DNA of 64,000 nucleotides from an uncultured Solirubrobacteraceae bacterium (GTDB lineage Bacteria; Actinomycetota; Thermoleophilia; Solirubrobacterales; Solirubrobacteraceae), in assembly GCA_963808675.1 (NCBI GenBank), contig CAWEGS010000007.1, positions 457,760-521,759 of the forward strand, in the 5' to 3' direction. Shown one piece after another: positions 9,183-19,760 of this stretch (position 1 is its first letter; each line of letters opens with the position of its first letter). The notes under the pieces were generated by a model. The model was not told the origin of the DNA and made no database searches. It was given only the letters and a program-made list of their open reading frames with translations. The translations under genes were made by a program, and so were the position numbers.

Positions 9183-9494
9183 ATGAGATCTACTACTCGA
9201 CGTCGTCTGTTGCGCCCGGTCAGCAGGCGCGATGACACGGCGAGAGCGGGCCTCTACCAGATCACCGTGCCCGGAATCTCGGTGGCGCGTGACCTTCGCG
9301 CCATCCGGCGTCGGCTCCTCGGCGGCTTCCCTGCAGTCGCCGACGTGCTCGCCACCACCATGCCCGCGACCGTGCTCATCGTGTACCGGGGCGAGGACGA
9401 GATCGACGCCTGGCTCGGCGCCGTCAGCGGGGCCGTTGCCGCGCCGGCGCCCGTCTCCACAACCCCACCACCCGCCACCACAAGTGTCCTCTGA
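9183..9494 (+). CDS. Small hypothetical protein
   Basis: GGGGGAG RBS; overlaps the start of the SDR gene. Confidence 0.55.
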   Translation: MRSTTRRRLLRPVSRRDDTARAGLYQITVPGISVARDLRAIRRRLLGGFPAVADVLATTMPATVLIVYRGEDEIDAWLGAVSGAVAAPAPVSTTPPPATTSVL

Positions 9495-11031
9495 CCCGGG
9501 CGCCGTCGAGGAGCCCGAGCGCATCCTCCTCACCGGCGCGACCGGCTATGTCGGCGGTTGCATGCTCGACGCCCTGCAGGCGCGCCATCGCAGAGTCCGC
9601 TGCCTCACCCGCCGTCCCGCTCTCCTCTCCGGACGGGCGGGGCCCCACTCGGAGGTCGTTGCCGGGGATCTGCTGCGACCGGAGTCCCTCGCACCCGCGA
9701 TGCGAGGGATCGACGCCGCCTATTACCTGGTGCACTCGATGGACGCCCCGGGCAGCTTCGCCGAGCTCGATCGCCTCGCGGCCACCCACTTCGCGGCGGC
9801 CGCGCGTGACGCCGGAGTTCGGCAGATCGTCTATCTGAGCGGCCTGGGCTCGGGCCGGCGCCTGTCCCCGCACCTGACCAGCCGCCACGAAGTCGGTCGG
9901 ATCCTGCGCGACTCCGGGGTGGCCACGATCGAGCTGCGGGCGTCGATCGTCATTGGTGCGGGCAGCGCCTCGTTCGAGGCTGTGCGAGCGCTGGTCGAGC
10001 AGCTGCCCGCGATCCCCGCTCCGGGCGGGCTTAAGACTGCTGCCCAGCCGATCGCGATCGATGACCTCATCGAGTACCTCCTGGCGGCACTCTCGCTCGC
10101 CCCGCGCGACGCGATCTTCGAGATCGGCGGCGCCGACCAGGTCACCTACGCCGACGTGATGCGCGAATACGCCCGCCAGCGCAAGCTGCGCCGGCGGGTG
10201 GTGCGCCTGCCGGGACAGACGCTGCGGGCGTCCCGTCTGCTGCTTGGCACGCTGACACCCACCTACGGTCGGGTTGCGGCCGCCATGGCCGCCAGCCTGC
10301 ACGACGAGACGATCGTGCGCGACGGCGGCGCCCGGGAGGTGTTCGCCGTCAGGCCATGCGGCCTTCCGGAGGCGATCGAGCACGCGTTGGCCGGGGAGGA
10401 CGATCAGTTCGCCGAGACATCGTGGATCGACGCGCTGCCGGGGACGCCCGTGATGCGGTGGGGCGGAACCCCGGTGAGCCGGCGGCTCGTCAGCTCTCGC
10501 GTCGGCAACGTCCACGCTTCACCGCGTGAGGCGTTTGGCGCGATTCATGCCATCGGGGGAACCAGCGGGTGGTACGCGGCGGACTGGTTCTGGGAGCTAC
10601 GCGGCTTCGTCGACCGGCTCGGCGGCGGCGAAGGCCTGCGGCGAGGGCGTCGCGACCCGCACGAGCTCCGCGTCGGGGACACGGTCGACTGCTGGCGCGT
10701 CGTGCGCGTCCAGGCCGATCGCCGCCTCCTGCTGGCCGCCGAGATGAAGCTGCCCGGCCGCCTGTGGCTCCAGTTCGACGTCGACGCCGGCGATCACGGC
10801 ACCGAGATCCGTCAGACCACCGTGTTCGATCCGGCGGGCTGGGTCGGAATCCTCTACTGGTACCTCCTCTACCCGGTACACGACGCCGTCTTTCGGGCGA
10901 TGCTCCGGGGCCTCGAGCAGGTAGCTCAGCACCGGTTCGATGGGCGACGACGTTACGTAGTAGTCAGGGGAAGGATTCGCGCTAGAAGGGGTCTCTCACT
11001 ACAGACCCTGACGAGTGAAGATTCACAGTGA
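9484..11031 (+). CDS. YbjT-like atypical SDR oxidoreductase with C-terminal DUF2867 domain
   Basis: ILLTGATGYVG, AYYLVHSM, HLTSRHEV, GGTSGWY, AEMKLPG, YWYLLYPVH. The last ~30 aa may be a frameshift read-through. Confidence 0.9.
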   Translation: MSSDPGAVEEPERILLTGATGYVGGCMLDALQARHRRVRCLTRRPALLSGRAGPHSEVVAGDLLRPESLAPAMRGIDAAYYLVHSMDAPGSFAELDRLAATHFAAAARDAGVRQIVYLSGLGSGRRLSPHLTSRHEVGRILRDSGVATIELRASIVIGAGSASFEAVRALVEQLPAIPAPGGLKTAAQPIAIDDLIEYLLAALSLAPRDAIFEIGGADQVTYADVMREYARQRKLRRRVVRLPGQTLRASRLLLGTLTPTYGRVAAAMAASLHDETIVRDGGAREVFAVRPCGLPEAIEHALAGEDDQFAETSWIDALPGTPVMRWGGTPVSRRLVSSRVGNVHASPREAFGAIHAIGGTSGWYAADWFWELRGFVDRLGGGEGLRRGRRDPHELRVGDTVDCWRVVRVQADRRLLLAAEMKLPGRLWLQFDVDAGDHGTEIRQTTVFDPAGWVGILYWYLLYPVHDAVFRAMLRGLEQVAQHRFDGRRRYVVVRGRIRARRGLSLQTLTSEDSQ

Positions 11032-11078
11032 GGACAAGCCGTTCGCGGTCCCATCCGCATCTTCAAGGAGCAGACACC

Positions 11079-11612
11079 ATGAACACCAAACGCCTTGCCT
11101 CTGTCACTCTCACGGTGGTCATCGCGGGCATCGCGGTCATCGTCCTGGCCGTGGGCGGCGGTGCCGCCAAGACCGCCCCGCAGCGCTCCGTTGCCGCCGG
11201 GTCGGCCGTGAGCATTCGGACCACATCGCTGGGCAAGACTCTCGTCGACGCCCAGGGCCGGACGCTCTACCTGTTCGAGGGCGACGTCGCCAACGTCAGC
11301 AAGCTCTCGAGCGCCGGCCTGGCGATTTGGCCACGTTTCACCGCCGCGGGTCCCGTCAAGGCGCTCAACGGAGCCCAAGCCTCGATGATCGCGACGGTCA
11401 CGAGCCCGCGGGGCACCAGGCAGGTGACCTACGCCGGGCATCCCCTCTACTACTACGTCGGCGACACCGCGCCTGGCAGCACCCGCGGCCAGCGTCTGAA
11501 CCAGTTCGGCGCCCTCTGGTACGTCCTCGGGCCCGGCGGCACCGCCATCACTCGCGCCTCGAGCGCGACCGCGCCGGCCTCGAGGTCAGGTACTCCCAGC
11601 TACGGATACTGA
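11079..11612 (+). CDS. Secreted COG4315/Lipoprotein_15 repeat protein
   Basis: LGKTLVDAQGRTLYLFEGD, WP, QVTYAGHPLYYYVGD, WY; AAGGAG RBS. Confidence 0.88.
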   Translation: MNTKRLASVTLTVVIAGIAVIVLAVGGGAAKTAPQRSVAAGSAVSIRTTSLGKTLVDAQGRTLYLFEGDVANVSKLSSAGLAIWPRFTAAGPVKALNGAQASMIATVTSPRGTRQVTYAGHPLYYYVGDTAPGSTRGQRLNQFGALWYVLGPGGTAITRASSATAPASRSGTPSYGY

Positions 11613-11715
11613 GCAGTCGGCCCCCGGTGGGCCCTCTCGCGGCGTGAAGCCGTGACAGGGCCCACCGGCCTCGATCCGGTCGGTCCCGGGGCCGCCCGAG
11701 CTCCACAGACCCCTA

Positions 11716-12474
11716 CTAGGGCTTGGCCCCCGGAGGGGCGGGCGCCGTCGAGAAGCGCGCCGGATACAGGAACTGGCCGATCCCATCGAGTGGCTGACCA
11801 GGATCGCGCGGTGCGAACCGTCGGAGCTCGTTGTTGACGCTGAAGCGCGGGCCCACAAACACGATGCCGCCTCGAACGAGCGTGTAGAACCGGTCGAGCG
11901 GCCGGGGCGGGGGGCCGCCGATGCGCAGGCCGCGAAAGTCGTAGACCCCGCCGTGGCAGGGGCAGATGAAGCTCTCCGAGGCGGCGACCCACCGCACCGG
12001 GCAGCCCACGTGGACGCAGCGCGACGAGATCGCGACAACGTGGTCATACCGATCCTTGACCGGGCCGTCGACCTGTACGCTGTGCTTGCGGATATAGGCG
12101 ATCGACTTCCCGGCCTCCCCGAGCCCCGGCTCGATCGTGATGACCACGGGTGTGTAGTCGGAATCGGTGAAGTCGGACAGCGGCCCGATCTTCTGCCACG
12201 TGTCGGAGGGGCGATCGAAGATCGGCCCGATGGCGAAGCCGAGAGACGGCAATCCGATCGCGGCCGCCGCGACCAGGCCGCTTGTGTGGACCGAAGCGGT
12301 CATGAACCGGCGCCGCGAGACGGTCTCGCCCTCGAAGGCGCCGGGCATGCCGCGCTCCTCCGTGGAGGCTGCGCCGCCACGTCCACGTCGCCGCGGTCCG
12401 GTCATCCGATGTCCATCGCTTCCTCTGTGTCCTGTGGCCGCGCGGTCGGCGCGGGAATTCCTACGCAGCATCAT
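11716..12474 (-). CDS. Rieske [2Fe-2S] protein, QcrA-like (start uncertain, 12348-12474)
   Basis: SRRRFM Tat motif, one TM helix, CVHVGC and CPCHGG boxes, GGPPPRPL. Confidence 0.9.
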   Translation of the reverse strand: MMLRRNSRADRAATGHRGSDGHRMTGPRRRGRGGAASTEERGMPGAFEGETVSRRRFMTASVHTSGLVAAAAIGLPSLGFAIGPIFDRPSDTWQKIGPLSDFTDSDYTPVVITIEPGLGEAGKSIAYIRKHSVQVDGPVKDRYDHVVAISSRCVHVGCPVRWVAASESFICPCHGGVYDFRGLRIGGPPPRPLDRFYTLVRGGIVFVGPRFSVNNELRRFAPRDPGQPLDGIGQFLYPARFSTAPAPPGAKP

Positions 12475-12565
12475 ACTACATGCCCTCGTAGACCGGCCAC
12501 CGCGCGTGCCGCGTGGCGTTAGCCGCGCACGGCACGCTGATCGTTCAGCCGTGCCGGACCAGGAC

Positions 12566-13444
12566 TCACGGAGGTGAGGTGGATGGAGGTGTCGAGATGA
12601 CCGAGATCTGGTCGCCGATGCGGATTTCTCCTTCAGTGAGGATGTCGGCGCGCAGGCCGCCGCGGTGGACGAGCGCGCGCAGGATCGGACGCGATGCGTA
12701 GCGGGCGACGACCGTGCACGGCTCGCAGAGCCGCATGCCTCGGCAGCGCGTCGCTCCGATCATAAATTCGCAGCCGACGAGCCCGTTCAGGTCGATCCCG
12801 CGGGTGATGAGGTTGCGGCGATGCTCGCGGGCGCTGAGCGACGGCTCGAAGGACTCGCATACCTCTGCCTCGATCAGCGTCAGTGCGCTTCCAGGCAGCC
12901 CTGACGGAAACGTTCCTTTGCCGGTCGTGTGCCGGTCGCCCTCGAGCCCCCGATCCGGCAGTGCTCGCACGCGGTCGAGTGCCTGTCCCGGCTCGCCGGC
13001 CGCGGAGGCGACGTAGATCTCCTCGAGGGTGCCGATGCCTGGCGGCGGGGCTGTGCGCGGCGGCCGCGCGAGTGCGATGTCGGCGGCTGCGACGACGAAG
13101 CCGTCCAGGATCCACTGTTCCTCGACCGCGCCGTCGCCGGCCGGGTCCCAGACGACGCCAGACGGAACGCCATACATGACGACGAACCTCGGGCCGGCTC
13201 CTGGCGGCTGAACGCGGGCGAGCCATGGCCCCGGCCACGCGAACGTGCGTGCGTCGGCGACCGGGACGAGGCCGAGTTGGAGACCGCCGAGCCAGCGCGA
13301 GACTGTCAAGCTCCTCGCGGGGTCCGAATCCTCCGGAAGATGTGGCAATTCGGCGGGCGCCAGTTCGAGGATGGTCGCCAGCGAGGCGTGGAAGCTCGCG
13401 TGCAGAACACTCTCGGGGACAGCGGGGAGGTTGACTTCCTTCAC
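12566..13444 (-). CDS. MOSC domain protein with a ~130-aa N-terminal extra domain
   Basis: GLEGDR, LTLIE, RRNLITRG, CEPC, GGLRADILTEGEIRIGD. Confidence 0.85.
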   Translation of the reverse strand: MKEVNLPAVPESVLHASFHASLATILELAPAELPHLPEDSDPARSLTVSRWLGGLQLGLVPVADARTFAWPGPWLARVQPPGAGPRFVVMYGVPSGVVWDPAGDGAVEEQWILDGFVVAAADIALARPPRTAPPPGIGTLEEIYVASAAGEPGQALDRVRALPDRGLEGDRHTTGKGTFPSGLPGSALTLIEAEVCESFEPSLSAREHRRNLITRGIDLNGLVGCEFMIGATRCRGMRLCEPCTVVARYASRPILRALVHRGGLRADILTEGEIRIGDQISVISTPPSTSPP

Positions 13445-13470
13445 GCCGACTGGAGCCTACCGTTCACGTT

Positions 13471-14133
13471 TCACGCCTCGTGCGCGCCCAGGCGGACAGG
13501 TCCTGAGCGAGGGCGACGGTCCGGCGGCGGCCCGCAGGAAACCCATCGCGAGGACCCGAGCGTGAGGGCCGTGCGTAAGCGAACGCACGCCGCACGTGCT
13601 AACAGCGGCCACACAAGGAGCGGAGCGAGGAACAGCTTGGACACCACCACCGCGGCTGCCAGCACCGCGAATCCAGCGGGACGATCACGTAGCCGCCACA
13701 GGAAGACCGCGCCGGCGCACAGCAGCGGGCTGAGCGCACCGAGCTGGAGGCCGGTGATCGCGAAGCTCGAGCACATCACGAGCGCCGCCGGCCGAGTGTC
13801 GCCGCCGGCGGCGGCTACGCAGGCCGCGAGCATCGCGCCGATGCTGAGTGCGAAGAACAGGGCGGTGGATAGTCCCGGGGACATCATCGCCAGCGGCACG
13901 AACGGCCAGACAGCGAAGTAGGGGTAGACGAACGAGTGCCCCGAGTAGGCCGCCGGTGAGCCGGGGGGTGGGTACACCTGCAGGTCGTGGAGTACGGCAT
14001 GGCCCGCCCGCAGGAAGACTTGGAGGTCGTACGGAGGGCTCAGCGGCAGGAGCACGAGGACGATCGCGACGGCCACAAAGAGCGGCGCCACCGCCTGGCG
14101 CAGGGGAGGGCCAAGGCTCAACGGGTGTCTCAT
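13471..14133 (-). pseudogene. Glycosyltransferase family 87 (GT-C) membrane protein, C-terminally truncated
   Basis: DLQVF...FVYPY...G...KLF hydrophobic pattern; about half the usual length. Confidence 0.65.
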
Positions 14134-14304
14134 TCGAGCATCACCACGAGTCTCCCGTCCCCACCTCAACGCTTCGTTAGCCCCGATATGAGACAGCGTT
14201 CACGGCATCATGTCGCGAGCGATCGACGGCGCCGGCGTGTGCCGCCGGTCCCGCGCTGCGAGCGAGCTCCGCCCGCGGCTGTGGTTACGGCCGGCCCGGC
14301 GGCT

Positions 14305-15288
14305 TCACTGCTTACGCAGCGTGCCGACGGTGACGTGCGGCCAGTGGATGCCGTTGAAGTCGAGCATCACTAATTGCGTGTACTGCAGCTGATGGACGTC
14401 GGGGTTGCCGCCCGTGCCGGCAATCGTCTCGATCCAGAAGGTCGCGTCGACACTGGCGGCCCTGGCGTTTCCCTGAGGCGGATTGTGGCTCGAGGCCAGA
14501 AAAGCCGTGTTTGCGGTGCCGCCGCCGCCCTGGATGGGGTTGTTCGTCGTCGAGATATGGAGGAAGGTCCGGCTCTTCATGTGCGTCCCGGCGAGCGAGC
14601 TTTGGAGCGCCTGCTGCAGGACACTGTTGGGATTCGTGACCATGTTCTGCGTCACATTTGGGGATTCGAAGCGGAACTGAGTCGAGATCGAGAGGTCGAG
14701 CTCGGGGAACGTCAGCGCGACCTGGTGAAAGTCACTGTTCGCCGGGGGTGGCGTGTGGAAGAAGAACGGAAGGATGTTGTTGTCGGGAATGTGCTGCGGA
14801 CCTCCGGCGAGCACCTGCGAGATGCCCTGAGCGAGGATCACGGTGCCGTGCGGGATCGAGGCCATCCGCACCACCGTGGGCGGCTCGGCCGGGTCGCTGG
14901 TCTGGGGCACATTCGCCCAGATGCCGGGCTCCACGTGCAGCCCCTGGGTCGGCTGGTTCGCCTCGCTGATCTGCTGCATGTACGTGACTCCGAACATGTT
15001 GATGTCCGGCATCGCCAGCCCCCGATTCGGGATCGGTCCGTTGATCTCCGTGAACACGATCGTCTCGTCCGTGAGGTTCAGCTCGAGGAATCTGTCCTGC
15101 CCGGTTGACACGCGATGAGGACGCCAGATCGCGTTGAAACCATGGCCAACCCACGTGCCGGGCAGCTCGGCGAGCGGTCCGAGCGGGTCGAGTGGTGGCG
15201 CGGCGACGAGACCAGCCGCCACCGCGTCCGTGAATTCCGAGGCTCCGGCGAATGCGAAACCGGGGTCGAGTTTGGCGCTAGGTGGCAT
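14305..15288 (-). CDS. Putative heme-binding beta-barrel protein (FMP-type, nitrobindin-like)
   Basis: LGPLAELPGTWVGHGFN, IPNRG, YMQQI, LHVEPGIW, RMASIPHG, LQYTQ, WPHVTV; GGAGGAG RBS. Confidence 0.7.
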   Translation of the reverse strand: MPPSAKLDPGFAFAGASEFTDAVAAGLVAAPPLDPLGPLAELPGTWVGHGFNAIWRPHRVSTGQDRFLELNLTDETIVFTEINGPIPNRGLAMPDINMFGVTYMQQISEANQPTQGLHVEPGIWANVPQTSDPAEPPTVVRMASIPHGTVILAQGISQVLAGGPQHIPDNNILPFFFHTPPPANSDFHQVALTFPELDLSISTQFRFESPNVTQNMVTNPNSVLQQALQSSLAGTHMKSRTFLHISTTNNPIQGGGGTANTAFLASSHNPPQGNARAASVDATFWIETIAGTGGNPDVHQLQYTQLVMLDFNGIHWPHVTVGTLRKQ

Positions 15289-15556
15289 GGCGAACTCCTC
15301 CATGGCTTGGCAGCCGTCAGTTGCTGCCCCGGCATGCTGAGAACGGGTCAGTCGCACGATCTTCGTGTGTCGCCAACGTATACCAGCGCCATCGCTGGCA
15401 GTGTGATTGTTGCGCTGTCCGTCGCCGTCCCGTACCCGCGCGGTCAACCGAGGTCCCCGGCGGCCGGCGGACGCCCGCAGCAGCGCATTTGGGAGCTATA
15501 TAGTCGCTGCCGTGGAGTCACCGTGGCGGCTGGTGTCCGCGGCGCGTCTGACCGGC

Positions 15557-16865
15557 ATGGTCGCGATCGCCCTCGCGCTGGCACTGCCGTTAGCGGGCCG
15601 CGCAGGAGCCGTCACCCCTGGCAGGAACGGGCTGCTGCTGATCGGTGCGTCGCAGGGCACGCGGTTCTCGGCGGCCGGCGCCACCGCACCCCAGGCGCGT
15701 GTGGCGGAATGTTCTCCCGGGGCGCCAGACGCCCTCTGGACGGTGCGCCCGGGGGAAGGCACCTCGAGTCCCTCGGGCCTGGGAGTGGTGGACAATTCTC
15801 CCCCGGCGGGCGCACGCTGCTGGTCTACGACCATCAGGCCTGCTCAGACTCGGTGTCATTGTCGCGGTCGTTCGCGCCGTTCCGGGCCGAGCGATTGATC
15901 CAGGGCGCAGTGGGCGGAGGTGCCGGCGATGCATCGCTCGGCTCCTGGCTCGGTCCGGAGCGCCCGAGCGTGTTCGACGACGCCGGGCGCTACCTGGACG
16001 CTCTGACCGGGGCGGCCGCTGCTGCCGGGTCCCGGCTACTCGCAGGCAGGCGCGGGCATTCCCCCAGAGGCGTCGTGTGATGGCCGGGTGGCGGTATACG
16101 GTTTGCCACCTTCGTCGTTGGCGATCGATACTCCGGTGCGCTCAGGCCGCAGGGTGGTGGCCGCGAGGCATCGGATCGTGGATTTGCGCAGCCCCGGGGA
16201 TTTGGTCGACGCGCAGTGGTCGTCAGACGGTCGCTACCTGTTCTACGTGCTGCATCGCGAACACGCCAACGTGTCGAGCCTGTGGCGGGTGGACTCCGAT
16301 GGCGCCGGGCGCCGGCGGCTGTACACGGACCGGTTGAACTCCGACCTGAGCGCGGCGGTGTCGCCGAACGGGCGGTGGGTGCTCCTGCAGGTGCTCGCCG
16401 GCCCCAACGAGGAGCTTTGGCTGATCGGCAGCCGCGGGCACGGCCTGCACCCGCTGGCCGTGCCGGCCGCCGGCGCAGATCTGTCGGCCACCGCCGAGTG
16501 GTCCCCGCGCGGCGATCGGCTCTTCGTGATCGAGGACCGCACGTCCATTGGGCCGCCGCCCTCCCCGCTGGTGGGTCCCACAACCCGCGTCGCCTTCGTC
16601 ATCCGCCCCGACGGCGGCGGTCGCCACGTGGTGCCGTATCCGGCCGACGCAGCCACCGGAGTGGTGTGGTCGCCGAACGAGCGTGACCTGGCGTACGGCG
16701 TTGGCTCGGAGGTCGCGATTACGCCGGTGGCGGGCGGACCAGCGCGGACAGTCCTGACGGCCGCGCAGCCGTTTGGGGCGGCGCGTCCCCTGGATCTCGG
16801 ACTGGCAGGCAACGCCCGGTACCGGACGGCCCTTCAAGTGCCTCGACGGCCGGCCGCCGTTCTGA
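15557..16865 (+). CDS. Secreted TolB-like (PD40) beta-propeller protein with several frameshifts
   Basis: Signal peptide followed by TPGRNG, and repeats FSPGG, WSSDGR, VSPNGR, WSPRGD, WSPNE, ending near DWQ. Confidence 0.7.
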
Positions 16866-16866
16866 C

Positions 16867-17725
16867 TCAGCTGACCGCCGAGCGCTTGAAGGTGCGGATG
16901 CCCAGGGCGATGAACGCCGCCGCGAACAGGACGACAACACCGAGGCTGAGCCATGCCTCGGTCGTGGTGCTGCTCATGCCCCAGATGTCATGCAGGCCGG
17001 TGCCTCGGTGGTCGACGAACCCGTAGCGCATCAGCGCCAGGGCGTGAGTGAGCGGTAGGAGCTTTGCGAATGCGGCGAGTGCTCCCGGGAGGACGTGGAT
17101 CGGGAACAAGCGCGCCCGCGAAGAAGAACGGCAGGATCGCGACTGCGGGGGTGGCGCCGATGTACTCCTCTTGGCTGGGGAGTCGAGCGGCGAGTGTCTC
17201 AGCCGCGCCGTACATGAAGACCGTGAACAGGACGGAGGCTGCGACGAACCAGAACACGCCCGAGGCGGTGATGTTGAAAGTTGCGCCGCGCAGCGCGGCG
17301 ACGGCGATCAGCACGACTACCTGGAACGTGGCCAGGGCGAGCACTACGACGAGATTCGACAGCACGAGCAGCGCTCTGGGAATCGGCGCGGCCAGGAGCT
17401 CCTTCTGCGCGCCGCTGTGGCGGTCGACGATCACGCTCAGTCCGGCGAAGATCGCGGCCAGCGGCACGAGCAGTCCGACGGTCCCGACGGACACGAACGC
17501 GATGTAGTCGATGTGTGTGTGCAGGCCGCCGAGCGCTTTGCTCAGGGCGGGCGCGATTACGGTGGCGAACAGGATCGGTGTCAGCAGCGGCACGGCGATC
17601 TGCCGCGGGTTGTGGGCGGTCAGGGCGGCGCGACGCCTCGCGAGCGTCACGAGGGCACTCGCTCTGCGGGTCAGTGCTGGGCGGCGGACAGCTACTCCAC
17701 CGGTTCGGATCGCCGTGGCGGACAT
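16867..17725 (-). CDS. ABC-2 type transporter permease, frameshifted near 17110
   Basis: Hydrophobic helices, ELLAAPIPR, FFAGAL/FPI, PLTHA. Confidence 0.85.
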
Positions 17726-17750
17726 GGACGGGTCCTTTCGAAATGGCGGG

Positions 17751-18729
17751 TTAGGCGGCTTGGGCGAGCTGGGCGCCGGTCAGCCGGAGGTAGACGTCGT
17801 CGAGCGTCGGCGGCCGCGTCGTGAAGCCGGACGCCATGACTCCGGCGTCGGTGATGGCGGCCATCGTCTCTCCGGCCGGGCGGCCGTCGAGTGCAATCGT
17901 GAGTCTTGATCCGATCGCGAACGCGTCGGCGGTGGCGATTCCACGGGCACGCAGCGACGCCAGGGCAGCGTCGCCGTCCCCCGCGACCCGCAGCTCGAGG
18001 ATCTCGGTGCCCAACCCGGCGAGCAGCGTCGCCGGCGTGTCGAGCGCGACGATCTCGCCCTCGTGGATGATCGCCACCCGATCGCAGAGCTGTTGAGCTT
18101 CGTCGAGATAGTGGGTGGTGAGCAGGATCGTCATGTCCTGACGCGAGCGGAGGCCGGCGATCACGTCGAGGAGCTCGTGCCGAATCCGAGGATCGAGGCC
18201 GACGGTCGGCTCGTCCAGGAACAGCACCTGAGGCTGGGATACGAGGGCGCGCGCGATCTCGAGACGGCGGCGCTCGCCCGCCGCTGAAGCTCTCAACCGG
18301 CCGGTCGATCAGCTCGGCCAGCCCGAACGCCTCGATCAGCTCGTCGATCCGGGTGGCGGCGGTCGCCGTCGGCACCCCCCAGAGCTGGGCGTGGAGATCG
18401 AGGTTCGCGCGGCCACTGAGACCACCGTCGACCACGGCCTCCTGGAACACGACGCTGCTGACGCTACGAGCTTTCCGCGGCTCGTTCACGACGTCGTAGC
18501 CGGCCAACCGCGCAGTCCCGGACGTCGGCACGACCGTGGTGGTCAGCATCCCGAGCGTTGTCGACTTACCGGCGCCGTTCGGACCGAGAAGGCCGAAGAC
18601 CTCGCCGGGCGCGACGACGAAGTCGATCCCCTTGACCGCCTCGACGCCGCCGCGGTAGACCTTGCGGAGCGCGCGGGCCTCGATTGCGGGCGTGTCGAAG
18701 TCGGTGTCTTGTGCGTATGCCAGTTGCAT
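17751..18729 (-). CDS. ABC transporter ATP-binding protein (DrrA-like), frameshifted near 18280
   Basis: GPNGAGKST, FSGG, LFLDEPT, TTHY, PTLDDVYL. Confidence 0.9.
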
Positions 18730-18776
18730 CGGGGTCTCACGTTTCGATCGCAGAGTTGCCGCGCTGGGCGTTTGCC

Positions 18777-18838
18777 GGTCACATCGGCCGCAGTTCGGTC
18801 GTCACCCCTATGACGAATCCCGACCCGAGGGTGTGACC
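18777..18838. promoter_or_regulatory. Two face-to-face ECF41-type promoters (GGTCACA-N16-CGTC)
   Basis: Plus-strand copy at 18777-18803 and minus-strand copy at 18838-18812; both match the ECF41 consensus TGTCACA-N16-CGTC with one mismatch. Confidence 0.8.
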
Positions 18839-18841
18839 GAC

Positions 18842-19716
18842 ATGGACGAGCACAGCTGGAGCACACAGCAGTTCGAGCGCTACCGGGCCCACCTGCAGGC
18901 CGTCGCCTACCGGATGCTCGGTTCGGTCGGCGAGGCGGAGGACGCCGTCCAGGAGGCGTGGCTGCGGCTGAATCGTGCCGACACGCGCGACGTCGGGAAC
19001 ATCGGCGGCTGGCTGACCACCGTCGTCGGCCGGGTCTGCCTCGACATGTTGAAAGCGCGGCGCGCAAGGCGCGAGGACTACGCCGGCAGCTGGTTGCCGG
19101 AGCCGATCGTGAGCGTCGAGGGCGACGGGGATCCCGAGCAGCAGGCACTGCTCGCCGACTCGGTCGGCCTTGCGCTGCTCGTCGTGCTCGAGAACCTGAC
19201 CCCGGCCGAGCGGCTCGCTTTCGTGCTGCACGACATGTTCGACGTGCCCTTTGACGACATCGCCCCGATCGTCGGTCGCACGGCGCCCGCGGCACGACAG
19301 CTCGCAAGCCGCGCGAGGCGCCGCGTCCGGGGACTGGCACCCGAGCCCGATCCGAACATCGCCAGGCAGCGCGAAGTGGTCGACGCCTTCCTCGCTGCCT
19401 CCCGGGCCGGAGACTTCGAGGCCCTCCTCGCAGTTCTCGATCCGGACGTCGTGTTCCGCATCGACAGCGGCGGGATCGGGCCGGAAGCCCGCCCGCCGAT
19501 CCTCGGCGCGCGCGCCGTGGCGGAACGGGTGCTCGCCCGCGGCGCGCGCTTTGCGCCGAACGCCAGGCCGGCGATCGTCAACGGCACGGCCGGGCTGATC
19601 GTTGCGGGGACGTCAGCCTGCGTGCCGTCGTCGGGTTCAGCGTCGTCGGCGGGAAGGTCACCGCGATCGACCTGATCACCGACCGCGAGAAGCTACGCCG
19701 GCTGCACGTGTCCTGA
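18842..19716 (+). CDS. sigJ: ECF41 (SigJ-like) sigma factor with SnoaL-like C-terminal domain, frameshifted near 19615
   Basis: AYRMLGS..EAEDAVQEAW, WLPEP, LASRARRRV, DSGG, VNG. Confidence 0.9.
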
Positions 19717-19760
19717 GCACAACTGCGAATCGGGCTGTGACCGGGGAGGCCGTCGGCCTC

